A stretch of 31,121 bases of DNA, from positions 80,435 through 111,555 of the IMG/VR virus record IMGVR_UViG_3300036852_000353. One strand, written 5' to 3'. The position numbers were made by a program, and so were the translations under genes. A model generated the notes under the pieces. It was not told where the DNA came from. It made no database searches and was given only the letters and a program-made list of their open reading frames with translations. Below are positions 1 through 7,757 of the stretch, in pieces; positions within the stretch are counted from its first letter, which is position 1; every line of letters begins with the position of its first letter. Source of the DNA: a virus.

Positions 1-1856
1 GCGATGGTTCCCTTGCCGGAACGTTCCGGGCCCTGCAGCATCAGGGCTTTCTGCAGATCGGTCCGGCCGGAGATGATGTAGCCGAACCATTCCTGGATCA
101 TGCTGATGCTGGCCGGGTCGTGCTCGAACGTCTCCTCCAACCACGCTTGCCACTGTGGACAGATGGCTTTCCCGTCGTAGGCGAAGGGGACACTGGAGAA
201 CGTGAAGTAGGACGGGTCCGCGGGCGCAAGTTCTCGTCCGGCAACGCGCAGCAGACCGTTGGTGCAAGAGACGGCCAGATCGTGGACACCCTCGCCGATC
301 ATTGTGTTCTGCTGGGTGTCGTCACGCAGGTTGACGGCGGCACGCAGTGCCTTGTCGAGGTTGTTGATGTTGGCGTTGCCGGGGTTCCACGGAACCTCGG
401 CCCACTCCTTGGTCTGCTTGTCCTGGGCCATCATGTAGGCACGGTCCATGCGCTGGTACAGCCATGAGGTGACGTCGGCGTCCGACATGACGGACCAGCA
501 GGAGCCGTCCCAGCGCACCCACATGTCCTGCCAGCGCATGAGGGTGGGCTTGCCATTATGCAGGAAGAAGGCGTCTCTGAGTTCGGTGGCGACACTGTAA
601 GGCTTCTTGTCGCTCGGAGCGCGGAAGTCATCATCGATTCCGGGAAGCCTGACATCGGTGAGCATTTCCGTCTGCTCTACGGGTGCGGCCACCGCCTGCA
701 CGGAGGGTTCCTCCGTTTTCGGGACATCGACTGCCTGTTCCACGACGGCGGCACCTTCGACCACCTGTCCGTTGCCGTCCACCTGTCCGCCCCACATGTC
801 CTCACGGGTCTCGGTGCGGGTGAAGTTCTTCCAGACGAACGGCTGCTTGAGGCCCGCCTTGGCACTGTTGACGGTGGCGCGGACCTCGGACTCATCGAGT
901 CCGGCGTCCAGGCCCGCGGTGGTGAACTCCCGCTCCACGTCCACCGGATCGAGCTGCCCGGCCCCGGCGTACTGGTAGGACATGTAGGCCAGGCGGTTGA
1001 GCGCGTTGTTCCGCTCGAACGTCGTGGCGCGCATCTCGGCGAGGTGGTGTTCGAAGCGGGCGCGGGCGTCCTTGGCGGGCTCGCCGCTGAACTGGACGGT
1101 ACGCCGCGCGGGCTTGGGAGGCACCGGGCAGGCGGCCTCCAGCTCGTCCAGGGTGTAGCGCTCGCCGGAGGACATGTACGCCGTACGGCGCCGGTTGTTC
1201 CAGTCCTTGGCGTTGATGGTGCCCGGGATCCGCAGCACACGTGCGAGATCGCGGGCCTCCGTGCCGTACTTGTACCCCATCTTCGCGGCGGTCGCCTCGA
1301 TGCGCTGATGCCACCGCCGGGAGAGCGCGCTGACACGCATGCGCAGCTCGGGGTCGGTGATGTCGAGCGGCTCGGCCAGCTTGACGATGTGGTAGAAGCC
1401 GCCGCCGGAGTGCACGGTGAGGGACGCCTCGGGCAGACCGGAGACGTCGTACACAGCCTGCGCGGCGGCGGCATCCGGCGGCAGCTTGTCGGCCGCGTGG
1501 CCAACGGTGCCGAAGTCCAGGTCCGTCCACAGGGCAATGAGGCTGGCCGACTGGTTGATCCGTCCGCGAGCATGGGGGTTGTCGGGGGTCCGCGGGTCCT
1601 CGGTCAGCGTCGTGATGCGGGCGTAGATGCTCTGCTGACCGTCGACGTTGCCTGCGACCTCGACGAAGGTGACGGCCTGCTCGATGCCCTCTTCATCGGT
1701 GGGGAAGAACCGCCCCGACTTCTGGTGGGGCGTCGTCCAGATCTGGAGAAGACCCGGGACACCGAGGTACATTTCCGTCAGATAAGCGCGAACCGTGTCC
1801 CGGTCGACCGTCAGGGAGGGTGATGCAACGTGACGCTGGTCAACATCCGTACCCAT
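1..1856 (-). CDS. Primase-helicase (AEP primase N-terminus + D5/P4-type SF3 helicase), 3' end runs off the window; possible upstream in-frame TTG start at 1982
   Basis: Translated by hand (absent from ORF track because it is truncated): AEP-like motifs WTDLDFG, VHSGGGFYHIVK and DLARVLRIPGTIN; D5-type segment IQEWFGYIISGRTDLQKALMLQGPERSGKGTI (Walker A) at the window edge. Confidence 0.9.
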   Translation of the reverse strand, partial: MGTDVDQRHVASPSLTVDRDTVRAYLTEMYLGVPGLLQIWTTPHQKSGRFFPTDEEGIEQAVTFVEVAGNVDGQQSIYARITTLTEDPRTPDNPHARGRINQSASLIALWTDLDFGTVGHAADKLPPDAAAAQAVYDVSGLPEASLTVHSGGGFYHIVKLAEPLDITDPELRMRVSALSRRWHQRIEATAAKMGYKYGTEARDLARVLRIPGTINAKDWNNRRRTAYMSSGERYTLDELEAACPVPPKPARRTVQFSGEPAKDARARFEHHLAEMRATTFERNNALNRLAYMSYQYAGAGQLDPVDVEREFTTAGLDAGLDESEVRATVNSAKAGLKQPFVWKNFTRTETREDMWGGQVDGNGQVVEGAAVVEQAVDVPKTEEPSVQAVAAPVEQTEMLTDVRLPGIDDDFRAPSDKKPYSVATELRDAFFLHNGKPTLMRWQDMWVRWDGSCWSVMSDADVTSWLYQRMDRAYMMAQDKQTKEWAEVPWNPGNANINNLDKALRAAVNLRDDTQQNTMIGEGVHDLAVSCTNGLLRVAGRELAPADPSYFTFSSVPFAYDGKAICPQWQAWLEETFEHDPASISMIQEWFGYIISGRTDLQKALMLQGPERSGKGTI

Positions 1857-1978
1857 CAGGTTGACAACGGGGCCCCGCTCCCCCAAAAATGGTTCTCGTC
1901 GCAAGTTGACACGATGCGTCGAGACGGAAGATGCTGGCTGGTTTAGCCTGCTAACATCTGTCTCATCCGGAATAGTCG

Positions 1979-2056
1979 TCAATTCCCTGCCTCCGCCCTC
2001 TGCGGCGGGGCGGCGGGCATGGTGAGGTGATTGATAGGCCGGTAAGTTGTAGGCAT
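1979..2056 (-). CDS. Putative 25-aa leader peptide (MPTTYRPINHLTMPAAPPQRAEAGN) upstream of the primase
   Basis: AAAGGA RBS upstream; its TGA overlaps a TTG (TTGA) that is in frame with the primase. Confidence 0.45.
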   Translation of the reverse strand: MPTTYRPINHLTMPAAPPQRAEAGN

Positions 2057-2113
2057 CAACGCGGGCGTCCTTTGTCCCAGGGTGGACCCGGTGCTGTGAA
2101 CACCGGAGCTCCG

Positions 2114-2143
2114 ATCATAGCCCTCGGGAGACCCGCGTGTCAG
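2114..2143 (-). promoter_or_regulatory. Sigma70-type promoter for the leader/primase
   Basis: CTGACA (2143-2138), 18-bp spacer, TATGAT (2119-2114) on minus strand. Confidence 0.55.
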
Positions 2144-2177
2144 GGGCGGTTCAGGAGTTCACTCCCGAACCGCCCCT
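2142..2177 (-). terminator. Stem-loop, probable terminator
   Basis: AGGGGCGGTTCGGGAG / CTCCTGAACCGCCCCT stem with one G-U pair, downstream of gene 2240-2542. Confidence 0.6.
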
Positions 2178-2239
2178 AACGTTTGTCCCCGTGTCAAGAG
2201 GGAGTCGGTACCTCGTTTTGGCGGTTTGTCGACATGTCG

Positions 2240-2542
2240 TCAGTCGACTGCGTGCAGCGGCACCGTCGCACTGCCGAGCAGCTCCCGGTGGTACGCCTCC
2301 CCCAGCACACCGGCCTCCGGCAGGTCACGCAGCCGGGTCTGACGCAGCATCGGCTGGAAATCCCCCTCGATGATCTCCTTCATCGACTGCGAGGCCTGCC
2401 ACAGACCGGCGTTCATCTGCGACATCCGATAGTCGGGGCGGTCGGGGTCGGCGTGCTTGTCCTCCCATCGCTGGATGGTGGTGAGCACGGCCTCGACGAC
2501 GAGCCGCATGGCTCTCAGCATGGGACGGGGCATGGTCTTCAT
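2240..2542 (-). CDS. Hypothetical protein
   Basis: ATG 2542 preceded by CCGACAAGGAAGG motif; start trimmed from ORF track. Confidence 0.7.
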   Translation of the reverse strand: MKTMPRPMLRAMRLVVEAVLTTIQRWEDKHADPDRPDYRMSQMNAGLWQASQSMKEIIEGDFQPMLRQTRLRDLPEAGVLGEAYHRELLGSATVPLHAVD

Positions 2543-2577
2543 AGGGTGGTTCCCTTCCTTGTCGGTGGTGCGATGTT

Positions 2578-2991
2578 TCACGTGGAACCAGCGATGCGCC
2601 GGAGCTTCTTCAGAGCAGCCCTCGACGTGCTTGTCAGGGCGGACTCCTCGACATCGCCGATCAGCTTCAGCAACGCCCGCGCTTCCTCATACCTCAGCGG
2701 CTTCAGCGGCCGGGGCCCTCGGTTGCCGCCCGAGTGGGAACAGCGCGTTCGCCGGTCACTGAACTCCGGGTCTAGCTCGCTGCGCCACTGCCGGTAGTCG
2801 TCCTGCGCAACGAGGTTGTTCAGAGTGACAGTGACTTCTGCGCCACACAGAAGACAACGCGCTGGCCAGCGGGCGTTTGTGTCGCCGGGGTACTCTGCGG
2901 TGGACGCGTACTCGTTGCGGTCCAGTACTGCGGAACGCTCCGCCTCGCTCAGATCACGTGCGTAGTTGCGTGGCCGGTCAATGTACGCCAC
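2578..2991 (-). CDS. Hypothetical protein, possible Zn-ribbon
   Basis: YPG..WPARCLLCG motif plus distal CSH; stop codon lies inside a parS site. Confidence 0.75.
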   Translation of the reverse strand: MAYIDRPRNYARDLSEAERSAVLDRNEYASTAEYPGDTNARWPARCLLCGAEVTVTLNNLVAQDDYRQWRSELDPEFSDRRTRCSHSGGNRGPRPLKPLRYEEARALLKLIGDVEESALTSTSRAALKKLRRIAGST

Positions 2992-3002
2992 GGTTCTCCT
3001 CT

Positions 3003-3233
3003 CTATGTTTCACGTGGAACATCGACCGGCTCGTTCTTGATGACGATCCGGTGGGTGCGCTGGCCGTCGGCGTACTGCGCCGTGACCAGCAAGTCACCGG
3101 TGCCTGGGTCGTTCTCCATGGACAGAATCTGGCCGCCGGACGTCTCAGGGTGTGCGGACAGTTCGTTGCGGATCTTCGTACGCAGCTCGATGAATGCGTC
3201 TCGGCTGTTCATGAGTTCCTTGTAGGTAGGCAC
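3003..3233 (-). CDS. Hypothetical protein
   Basis: 76-aa ORF ending VPRET (parS-encoded). Confidence 0.75.
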   Translation of the reverse strand: MPTYKELMNSRDAFIELRTKIRNELSAHPETSGGQILSMENDPGTGDLLVTAQYADGQRTHRIVIKNEPVDVPRET

Positions 3234-3394
3234 TACGCCTCGACGATCTCCAGGAAGAACAGCTCGCCGCTACTCTCATCCTCCACGCCGATCACTTCCT
3301 TGACACCCGTGCCGTCGATGGGTGACGCGTTGAGGGTGCTGGTCTCGCGGTTGATGGTGCGGATCAGCAGATCGCGCAGATCGCTCTTGGTCAT
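3233..3394 (-). CDS. Hypothetical protein
   Basis: GAAAGGAA RBS before ATG 3394; stop overlaps next start. Confidence 0.7.
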   Translation of the reverse strand: MTKSDLRDLLIRTINRETSTLNASPIDGTGVKEVIGVEDESSGELFFLEIVEA

Positions 3395-3431
3395 GGTGTT
3401 CCTTTCGGCGGTGGTCTTCCTGGTGGATGTT

Positions 3432-3911
3432 TCACGTGGAACATGGCGCGATGCCGCGCTCGGCACGGAACTCGTTGATGGCCGCGGTGCAGCAGACCGG
3501 CTCGCCGATCACGCTGAGGCCATCCTCCTGCCCGAACTCCGACACCTCGCTGTTGTTCCACAACTCCTCCCACTGGCGATCGCAGTGGGAGCAGTAGTCA
3601 TACCCGTCAGACTCGATGCGCGCCTCGATGACGTTCGGGTGCTGCAGCATGCCGCCGCGCAGCACTTCGCAGCGCTTCTGGTAATCGCCCTCAATGTCAC
3701 GACTGATAAGGCTGTCGCTCATGGAGAGACCCATGCCGACGTCACCGAGGCGTTTCGGCAGGATGGTCAGCTCGAACTGCTGACCCCAGACCAGCCCTTC
3801 GAGGGGGTCGCCCCACGTGTCTTTGAATCCGAGGCTGGCGATGGACATGTGGGTCTTCTGGGGACGCACGACTGCGACGACCTGCCAGTTGTCCCGCTTG
3901 GTTTTCTTCAT
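3432..3911 (-). CDS. Hypothetical protein with CxxC and CC motifs
   Basis: AAGGAG RBS; YCSHC and PVCC motifs; stop within parS. Confidence 0.8.
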   Translation of the reverse strand: MKKTKRDNWQVVAVVRPQKTHMSIASLGFKDTWGDPLEGLVWGQQFELTILPKRLGDVGMGLSMSDSLISRDIEGDYQKRCEVLRGGMLQHPNVIEARIESDGYDYCSHCDRQWEELWNNSEVSEFGQEDGLSVIGEPVCCTAAINEFRAERGIAPCST

Positions 3912-3914
3912 GGA

Positions 3915-4220
3915 TCACTCCTTGGTTTCACGTGGAACATCGCCCTTGCCGTGTGCTGTGGTTGTAGCGGATCCGGCCTTGTACCCGGCCGCCCACATAC
4001 GGGCGAGGAGATCCCGAAGCAGTGCGGCCTTGCTGCCAGGACCGTTGAGCAGGTCCAGCATGAGCGAAGACCGAGTCACTGCCACGGCTGCTGCACACGC
4101 CATCGCGTGGAGTTCATCGCGCTCGACGGGGCAGCCGGGCGGCAAGCTGATCCAGTCCTGGCCGTCCAGCATGGCGTCGAAATAGGAGAAGGCGATGTCA
4201 CCAGCACTTTCCGTGCTCAC
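3915..4220 (-). CDS. Hypothetical protein
   Basis: GTGA overlap with upstream gene; GGAGG RBS; ends VPRETKE. Confidence 0.7.
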   Translation of the reverse strand: MSTESAGDIAFSYFDAMLDGQDWISLPPGCPVERDELHAMACAAAVAVTRSSLMLDLLNGPGSKAALLRDLLARMWAAGYKAGSATTTAHGKGDVPRETKE

Positions 4221-4408
4221 GCTTCCTCCGATGTTTCACGTGGAACATTCGCGGCGCCGTTGCCGACGAGGTGGTTCCAGAACTGTTCGGAGTGGCTGGG
4301 ATCACCGCCGTACTCCGCCCAGGCCTCGACGATGGTGGCCTGCAGCATGGCGACCACCGGGTAGGGCATCTCGGCGGGCGGTATGATGACGGCGGGGATT
4401 TCAGGCAT
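4217..4408 (-). CDS. Hypothetical protein
   Basis: AGGAG RBS directly after parS; ends VPRETSEEA. Confidence 0.7.
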   Translation of the reverse strand: MPEIPAVIIPPAEMPYPVVAMLQATIVEAWAEYGGDPSHSEQFWNHLVGNGAANVPRETSEEA

Positions 4409-4435
4409 GTCGGCTCCTATGTTTCACGTGGAACA

Positions 4436-5251
4436 TCAGCCGATGCTCCGGGCGGCCAGCTCGCGTGCGGCCTCGCGGTAGGCCTTCGCGCCCTTGCCGG
4501 TCGTGTCATAGGTCAGGATCGTCTCGCCGTGGCTGGGCGCTTCGCCCATCTTGGTCGAGCGGGGGATCTTGGCCTCCATGATCTGCTCGGGGAAGTATGC
4601 GCGTACCTCCTTCGCGACCTCCCGGGACAGCCGGATCGACGGGTTGAACATCGTCAGCAGCACCAGGGAGATGCGCAGCTCCTGGTTGAGATGCTGCTGC
4701 ACAGTGCCAATCGTCTTCATCAGCAGGCTGACGCCTTCCAGCGCGTAGTACTCGCACTGGATCGGCATGAGGACCTCCCGCCCAGCCGTCAGCGCGTTGA
4801 CGGTGAGCAGACCCAGGCTCGGTGGGCAGTCGATGAGGATGTAGTCGAACGGCATCTCACTGGCCTCGATGGCGTTCTTCAGCCGGTTCTCCCGGGAGAC
4901 CAGAGAGACCAGCTCGATCTCCGCACCGGCGAGGTCGATGTGGGACGGCACGCAGTAGAGATTCTTCGAGAACGCCGTCTCCTGCATGACGTCGTCCAGC
5001 GGCTTGCTGTCGATGAGGACGTTGTAGACGGACAGCATGTCGTCGCTGTGATGGTCGATCCCGAGTGCGGTGGACGCGTTGCCCTGCGGGTCGAGATCGA
5101 TGATCAGGACGGCGTTGCCGTACTCAGCGAGCGACGCACCGAGGTTGACCGTGCTGGTGGTCTTGCCGACGCCGCCCTTCTGGTTGGCGACGACGAGGAT
5201 GCGGGTCTGCTCCGGGCGCGGCAGGAGGGTGCCGGGGATTCCGGTGGTCAT
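4436..5251 (-). CDS. parA: ParA/Soj-family partition ATPase, chromosomal type
   Basis: Deviant Walker A NQKGGVGKTT, IDLDPQGNAS, Walker B YILIDCPPSLG, PIQCEYYALEG, EAPSHG. Confidence 0.97.
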   Translation of the reverse strand: MTTGIPGTLLPRPEQTRILVVANQKGGVGKTTSTVNLGASLAEYGNAVLIIDLDPQGNASTALGIDHHSDDMLSVYNVLIDSKPLDDVMQETAFSKNLYCVPSHIDLAGAEIELVSLVSRENRLKNAIEASEMPFDYILIDCPPSLGLLTVNALTAGREVLMPIQCEYYALEGVSLLMKTIGTVQQHLNQELRISLVLLTMFNPSIRLSREVAKEVRAYFPEQIMEAKIPRSTKMGEAPSHGETILTYDTTGKGAKAYREAARELAARSIG

Positions 5252-5314
5252 GGTGGTGTCCTTTGCTGGTGGTGATGTTTCACGTGGAACATCGAATGTT
5301 CTGGGCGGCCAGCC

Positions 5315-5626
5315 TCAGCCGACGTAGACGATCGTGTCGGCGCGCATCAGGAACGCGGTGGGGGTCTCGCCCTCGCAGGTGCCCCAGCACTCTTCGTTGC
5401 CAGTGCAGCCATCGGGACAGGAAGGCGCGGCGGCGGAGACGATCTCGACCGTTGTGTCTTCACGTTGTGCCGTGGTCAGGGGGATGAGCCAGTGGTCTTC
5501 GCCGTAGAAGCGGTGGTCATCGACTCCTTCCAGAGCGAAGACCGTCGCGGTCCACGGGGCGGTGGTGCCATCGCCTCCCATCTGGTGGTGGTAGGCGGCG
5601 GTGATCTTTCCGGAGTAGCCGGGCAT
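5315..5626 (-). CDS. Hypothetical protein, Cys-containing
   Basis: GAAAGGAA RBS; CPDGC..CWGTC. Confidence 0.75.
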   Translation of the reverse strand: MPGYSGKITAAYHHQMGGDGTTAPWTATVFALEGVDDHRFYGEDHWLIPLTTAQREDTTVEIVSAAAPSCPDGCTGNEECWGTCEGETPTAFLMRADTIVYVG

Positions 5627-5663
5627 CGTGTTCCTTTCAGTGGTGATGTTTCACGTGGAACAT

Positions 5664-5945
5664 TCAGTTGTCATCGGTGTTCCGGCCGACGAGATTCGAC
5701 AGCAGCTCAATGATCTGGGCCTGGTTGCGGTCGATCTTCGAGTTCAGTTCACGGACCTCATCAGTGAGCCTCCCTACCTTCTGGTCCAGGCTGTCCACCT
5801 TCTGGTCGACGTTGCTCACCTTGAGCTGGAGCGTCGTCAGCTCGCTCTTGATGATCCCGAACTCACGAACGTTCTGTGCCTGAGCCTCTTCGAACCGGCG
5901 AGTCAGCGCAGCGATCTCGGCCTGTGCGATCTCGTCTTCGGGCAT
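5664..5945 (-). CDS. Coiled-coil protein
   Basis: Heptads VDQKVDSLDQKVGRLTDEVRELNSKIDRN; AGGAG RBS. Confidence 0.8.
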   Translation of the reverse strand: MPEDEIAQAEIAALTRRFEEAQAQNVREFGIIKSELTTLQLKVSNVDQKVDSLDQKVGRLTDEVRELNSKIDRNQAQIIELLSNLVGRNTDDN

Positions 5946-5976
5946 GGTGTTCTCCTATGTTTCACGTGGAACATCG

Positions 5977-6162
5977 TCAGTCGTCGGGGTTGCACTGGTG
6001 GCTGTAGACCACCATCCGCGCATCGGACTTGCCGAAGGAACCGAGACCGTGCAGGTCGTAGACCATGCCGGTACGGAACCCGCACGGGGTGTGGATGAGA
6101 TGGACCAGGTGCGGGAAGTAGCCGCCGCCGCTCTCGGCCCGCCAGTCAGGTGGTAGTTGCAT
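5977..6162 (-). CDS. Hypothetical protein
   Basis: GAGGAG RBS; bounded by parS on both sides. Confidence 0.7.
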   Translation of the reverse strand: MQLPPDWRAESGGGYFPHLVHLIHTPCGFRTGMVYDLHGLGSFGKSDARMVVYSHQCNPDD

Positions 6163-6183
6163 GAGTGTCTCCTCGTCGATGTT

Positions 6184-6498
6184 TCACGTGGAACGTTCGC
6201 TGGCCCGCTCCGCCTTCAGTTCCTTCTCGTACTGAGTGAGAGCGGTAGCGTAGGAGTCGAGGCGGCGGCCGACGGCCTGGTTCGTAAGGTCACCACGGCG
6301 CTTCCACCCATCCTGGGTGTGGCAGACGGCGTCCTTGGGTGCGCCTTCCTCCTCTGCCTCTATACAGGCACGGGCGACATAGTCAGCGCGCAGACCGCCA
6401 TCGACCAGATAGGCAACGAGGTAGCGGTAGCCGCGGTGGCGGGCGGGGTTGGTGACGTGCTGGTCGCCGGTCCCATAGGGCGGCTTGAAGGTGGGCAT
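6184..6498 (-). CDS. Hypothetical protein
   Basis: GAGAGGA RBS; stop within parS. Confidence 0.75.
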   Translation of the reverse strand: MPTFKPPYGTGDQHVTNPARHRGYRYLVAYLVDGGLRADYVARACIEAEEEGAPKDAVCHTQDGWKRRGDLTNQAVGRRLDSYATALTQYEKELKAERASERST

Positions 6499-6507
6499 GA
6501 TGTCCTC

Positions 6508-6732
6508 TCAGTCGGTGGATGTTTCACGTGGAACATCGGACAGCTCGCCATCCCCCAGCGTGAAAGCACGTGGAGTACCGGCATTCCAGGCGTCGATGAA
6601 CGGCTGCGCCCTGGCCTGCATGCCATGATGCTTGAACCGGTGGAAAGCCACGCCGTCAGTGCCCACCCAGAAGAGGGTGCCGTCGTACACCCCAGGCTGC
6701 TCCACGCCATAGGCGATCTCGCGCTCAGCCAT
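6508..6732 (-). CDS. Hypothetical protein
   Basis: GGAG RBS before ATG 6732 (MAEREIAY...); ends VPRETSTD. Confidence 0.7.
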   Translation of the reverse strand: MAEREIAYGVEQPGVYDGTLFWVGTDGVAFHRFKHHGMQARAQPFIDAWNAGTPRAFTLGDGELSDVPRETSTD

Positions 6733-7000
6733 CGCCCGGCTCCGATGTTTCACGTGGAACATTGGCGATGGATCGGTCCCAGCCCTCTCGCCAGGGAGAA
6801 GTGCTGGTGTAACCCAGCTCAACAGAGAGCGCTTCGGCGAGATCCGAGACGATGCGGTAGGCATCGTCGGACAGCTCCTCCCACCTCTCGTCGCTCTCGT
6901 CGATCTGCTCGTACTCCGCCTGCTGGCGGTCGGCGTCCCAGTCCACGACTTGCTGAAGTAGGAGGCGGACGGAGGGGGTGAGTTCACCGATCTTGTTCAT
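6725..7000 (-). CDS. Hypothetical acidic protein
   Basis: ATG 7000 (MNKIGEL...); ends VPRETSEPGDG. Confidence 0.7.
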   Translation of the reverse strand: MNKIGELTPSVRLLLQQVVDWDADRQQAEYEQIDESDERWEELSDDAYRIVSDLAEALSVELGYTSTSPWREGWDRSIANVPRETSEPGDG

Positions 7001-7157
7001 GGGCGGTGCTTTCTGTTGGTGTTTCACGTGGAACATCGTTGTCGGGTGGGATGACCAACTTCGGCAGGCGGACGCCAGGGTCCGGAGTAATCAGGCCGAA
7101 GGCCCAGCCCAGGAGGCGGCACCAGTAGTGGGCGATCGCCTCCCTGAGTTCACTCAC
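6984..7157 (-). CDS. Hypothetical protein
   Basis: GGGAGG RBS before GTG 7157; contains VPRET. Confidence 0.6.
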   Translation of the reverse strand: MSELREAIAHYWCRLLGWAFGLITPDPGVRLPKLVIPPDNDVPRETPTESTAHEQDR

Positions 7158-7404
7158 CGGCGCCTCCCGATGTTTCACGTGGAACATCGGCCCGACGGAA
7201 GTACTCCGCCCACACCTCACGTTCCTCGTCCGTCATGGTGGTGTCAGGCTTGCGGTGCAGGAACACCGTGTGGCCGCAGACGCCGCCAACGGTCATGTAG
7301 GTGCAGCCGGGAGCACACTCCATGATCGTGACGTCTTTTGTTTCGTCGCACTCGTCCGCCGGGCAGACTGGCCACGCCTTCCAGGCGTCGAGCGGCTCAC
7401 TCAC
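7150..7404 (-). CDS. Hypothetical Cys-rich protein
   Basis: GGAG RBS before GTG 7404; CPADEC, CAPGC, CGH. Confidence 0.7.
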   Translation of the reverse strand: MSEPLDAWKAWPVCPADECDETKDVTIMECAPGCTYMTVGGVCGHTVFLHRKPDTTMTDEEREVWAEYFRRADVPRETSGGAGE

Positions 7405-7732
7405 CGGCGGACTCCGATGTTTCACGTGGAACATTGCTCTGCTCGCGAAGCGCGTAGTAGAGCCGCTTCGCAGTGGCGTTGTCATTCACGAAGGTGCGCA
7501 GAGCCTGCTGAGCTGCCGGTGTACGGACGCGCTGCTGGTGGGTCCAGAAGAGGGCGAGCGCGATCCCGATGTCCTGCTCGGTCATCTTCACGCGCCACTT
7601 GTGACCGCTGTTATGCGCACGGTGGAGTGGCCCGACGAGGTCAGCGGTCGGCCCCACATGCCTGCTCTCGGGGCTGCTGGTCATGTTGAGCAGGATCTGG
7701 AACTGCCCGGGGGTCAGGCTGATTTCTTCCAT
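7397..7732 (-). CDS. Hypothetical protein
   Basis: AAGGA RBS before ATG 7732; ends VPRETSESAGE. Confidence 0.75.
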   Translation of the reverse strand: MEEISLTPGQFQILLNMTSSPESRHVGPTADLVGPLHRAHNSGHKWRVKMTEQDIGIALALFWTHQQRVRTPAAQQALRTFVNDNATAKRLYYALREQSNVPRETSESAGE

Positions 7733-7757
7733 GGGTGTCCTTGGTAGTGGGGATGTT

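Noticed and set aside
2192-2197. TTGACA on minus as a -35 element
   Set aside because: No plausible -10 at 16-19 bp spacing.
4436-5251. Window as the host chromosomal oriC/parAB region
   Set aside because: No parB, gidB/rsmG, dnaA, trxB or other housekeeping genes; the context is phage-like small ORFs plus a P4-type primase.
558-5275. Long plus-strand ORFs (558-1823, 2877-4364, 4271-5275) and similar ones elsewhere
   Set aside because: Antisense shadows of real minus-strand genes in high-GC DNA; no RBS or recognisable motifs.
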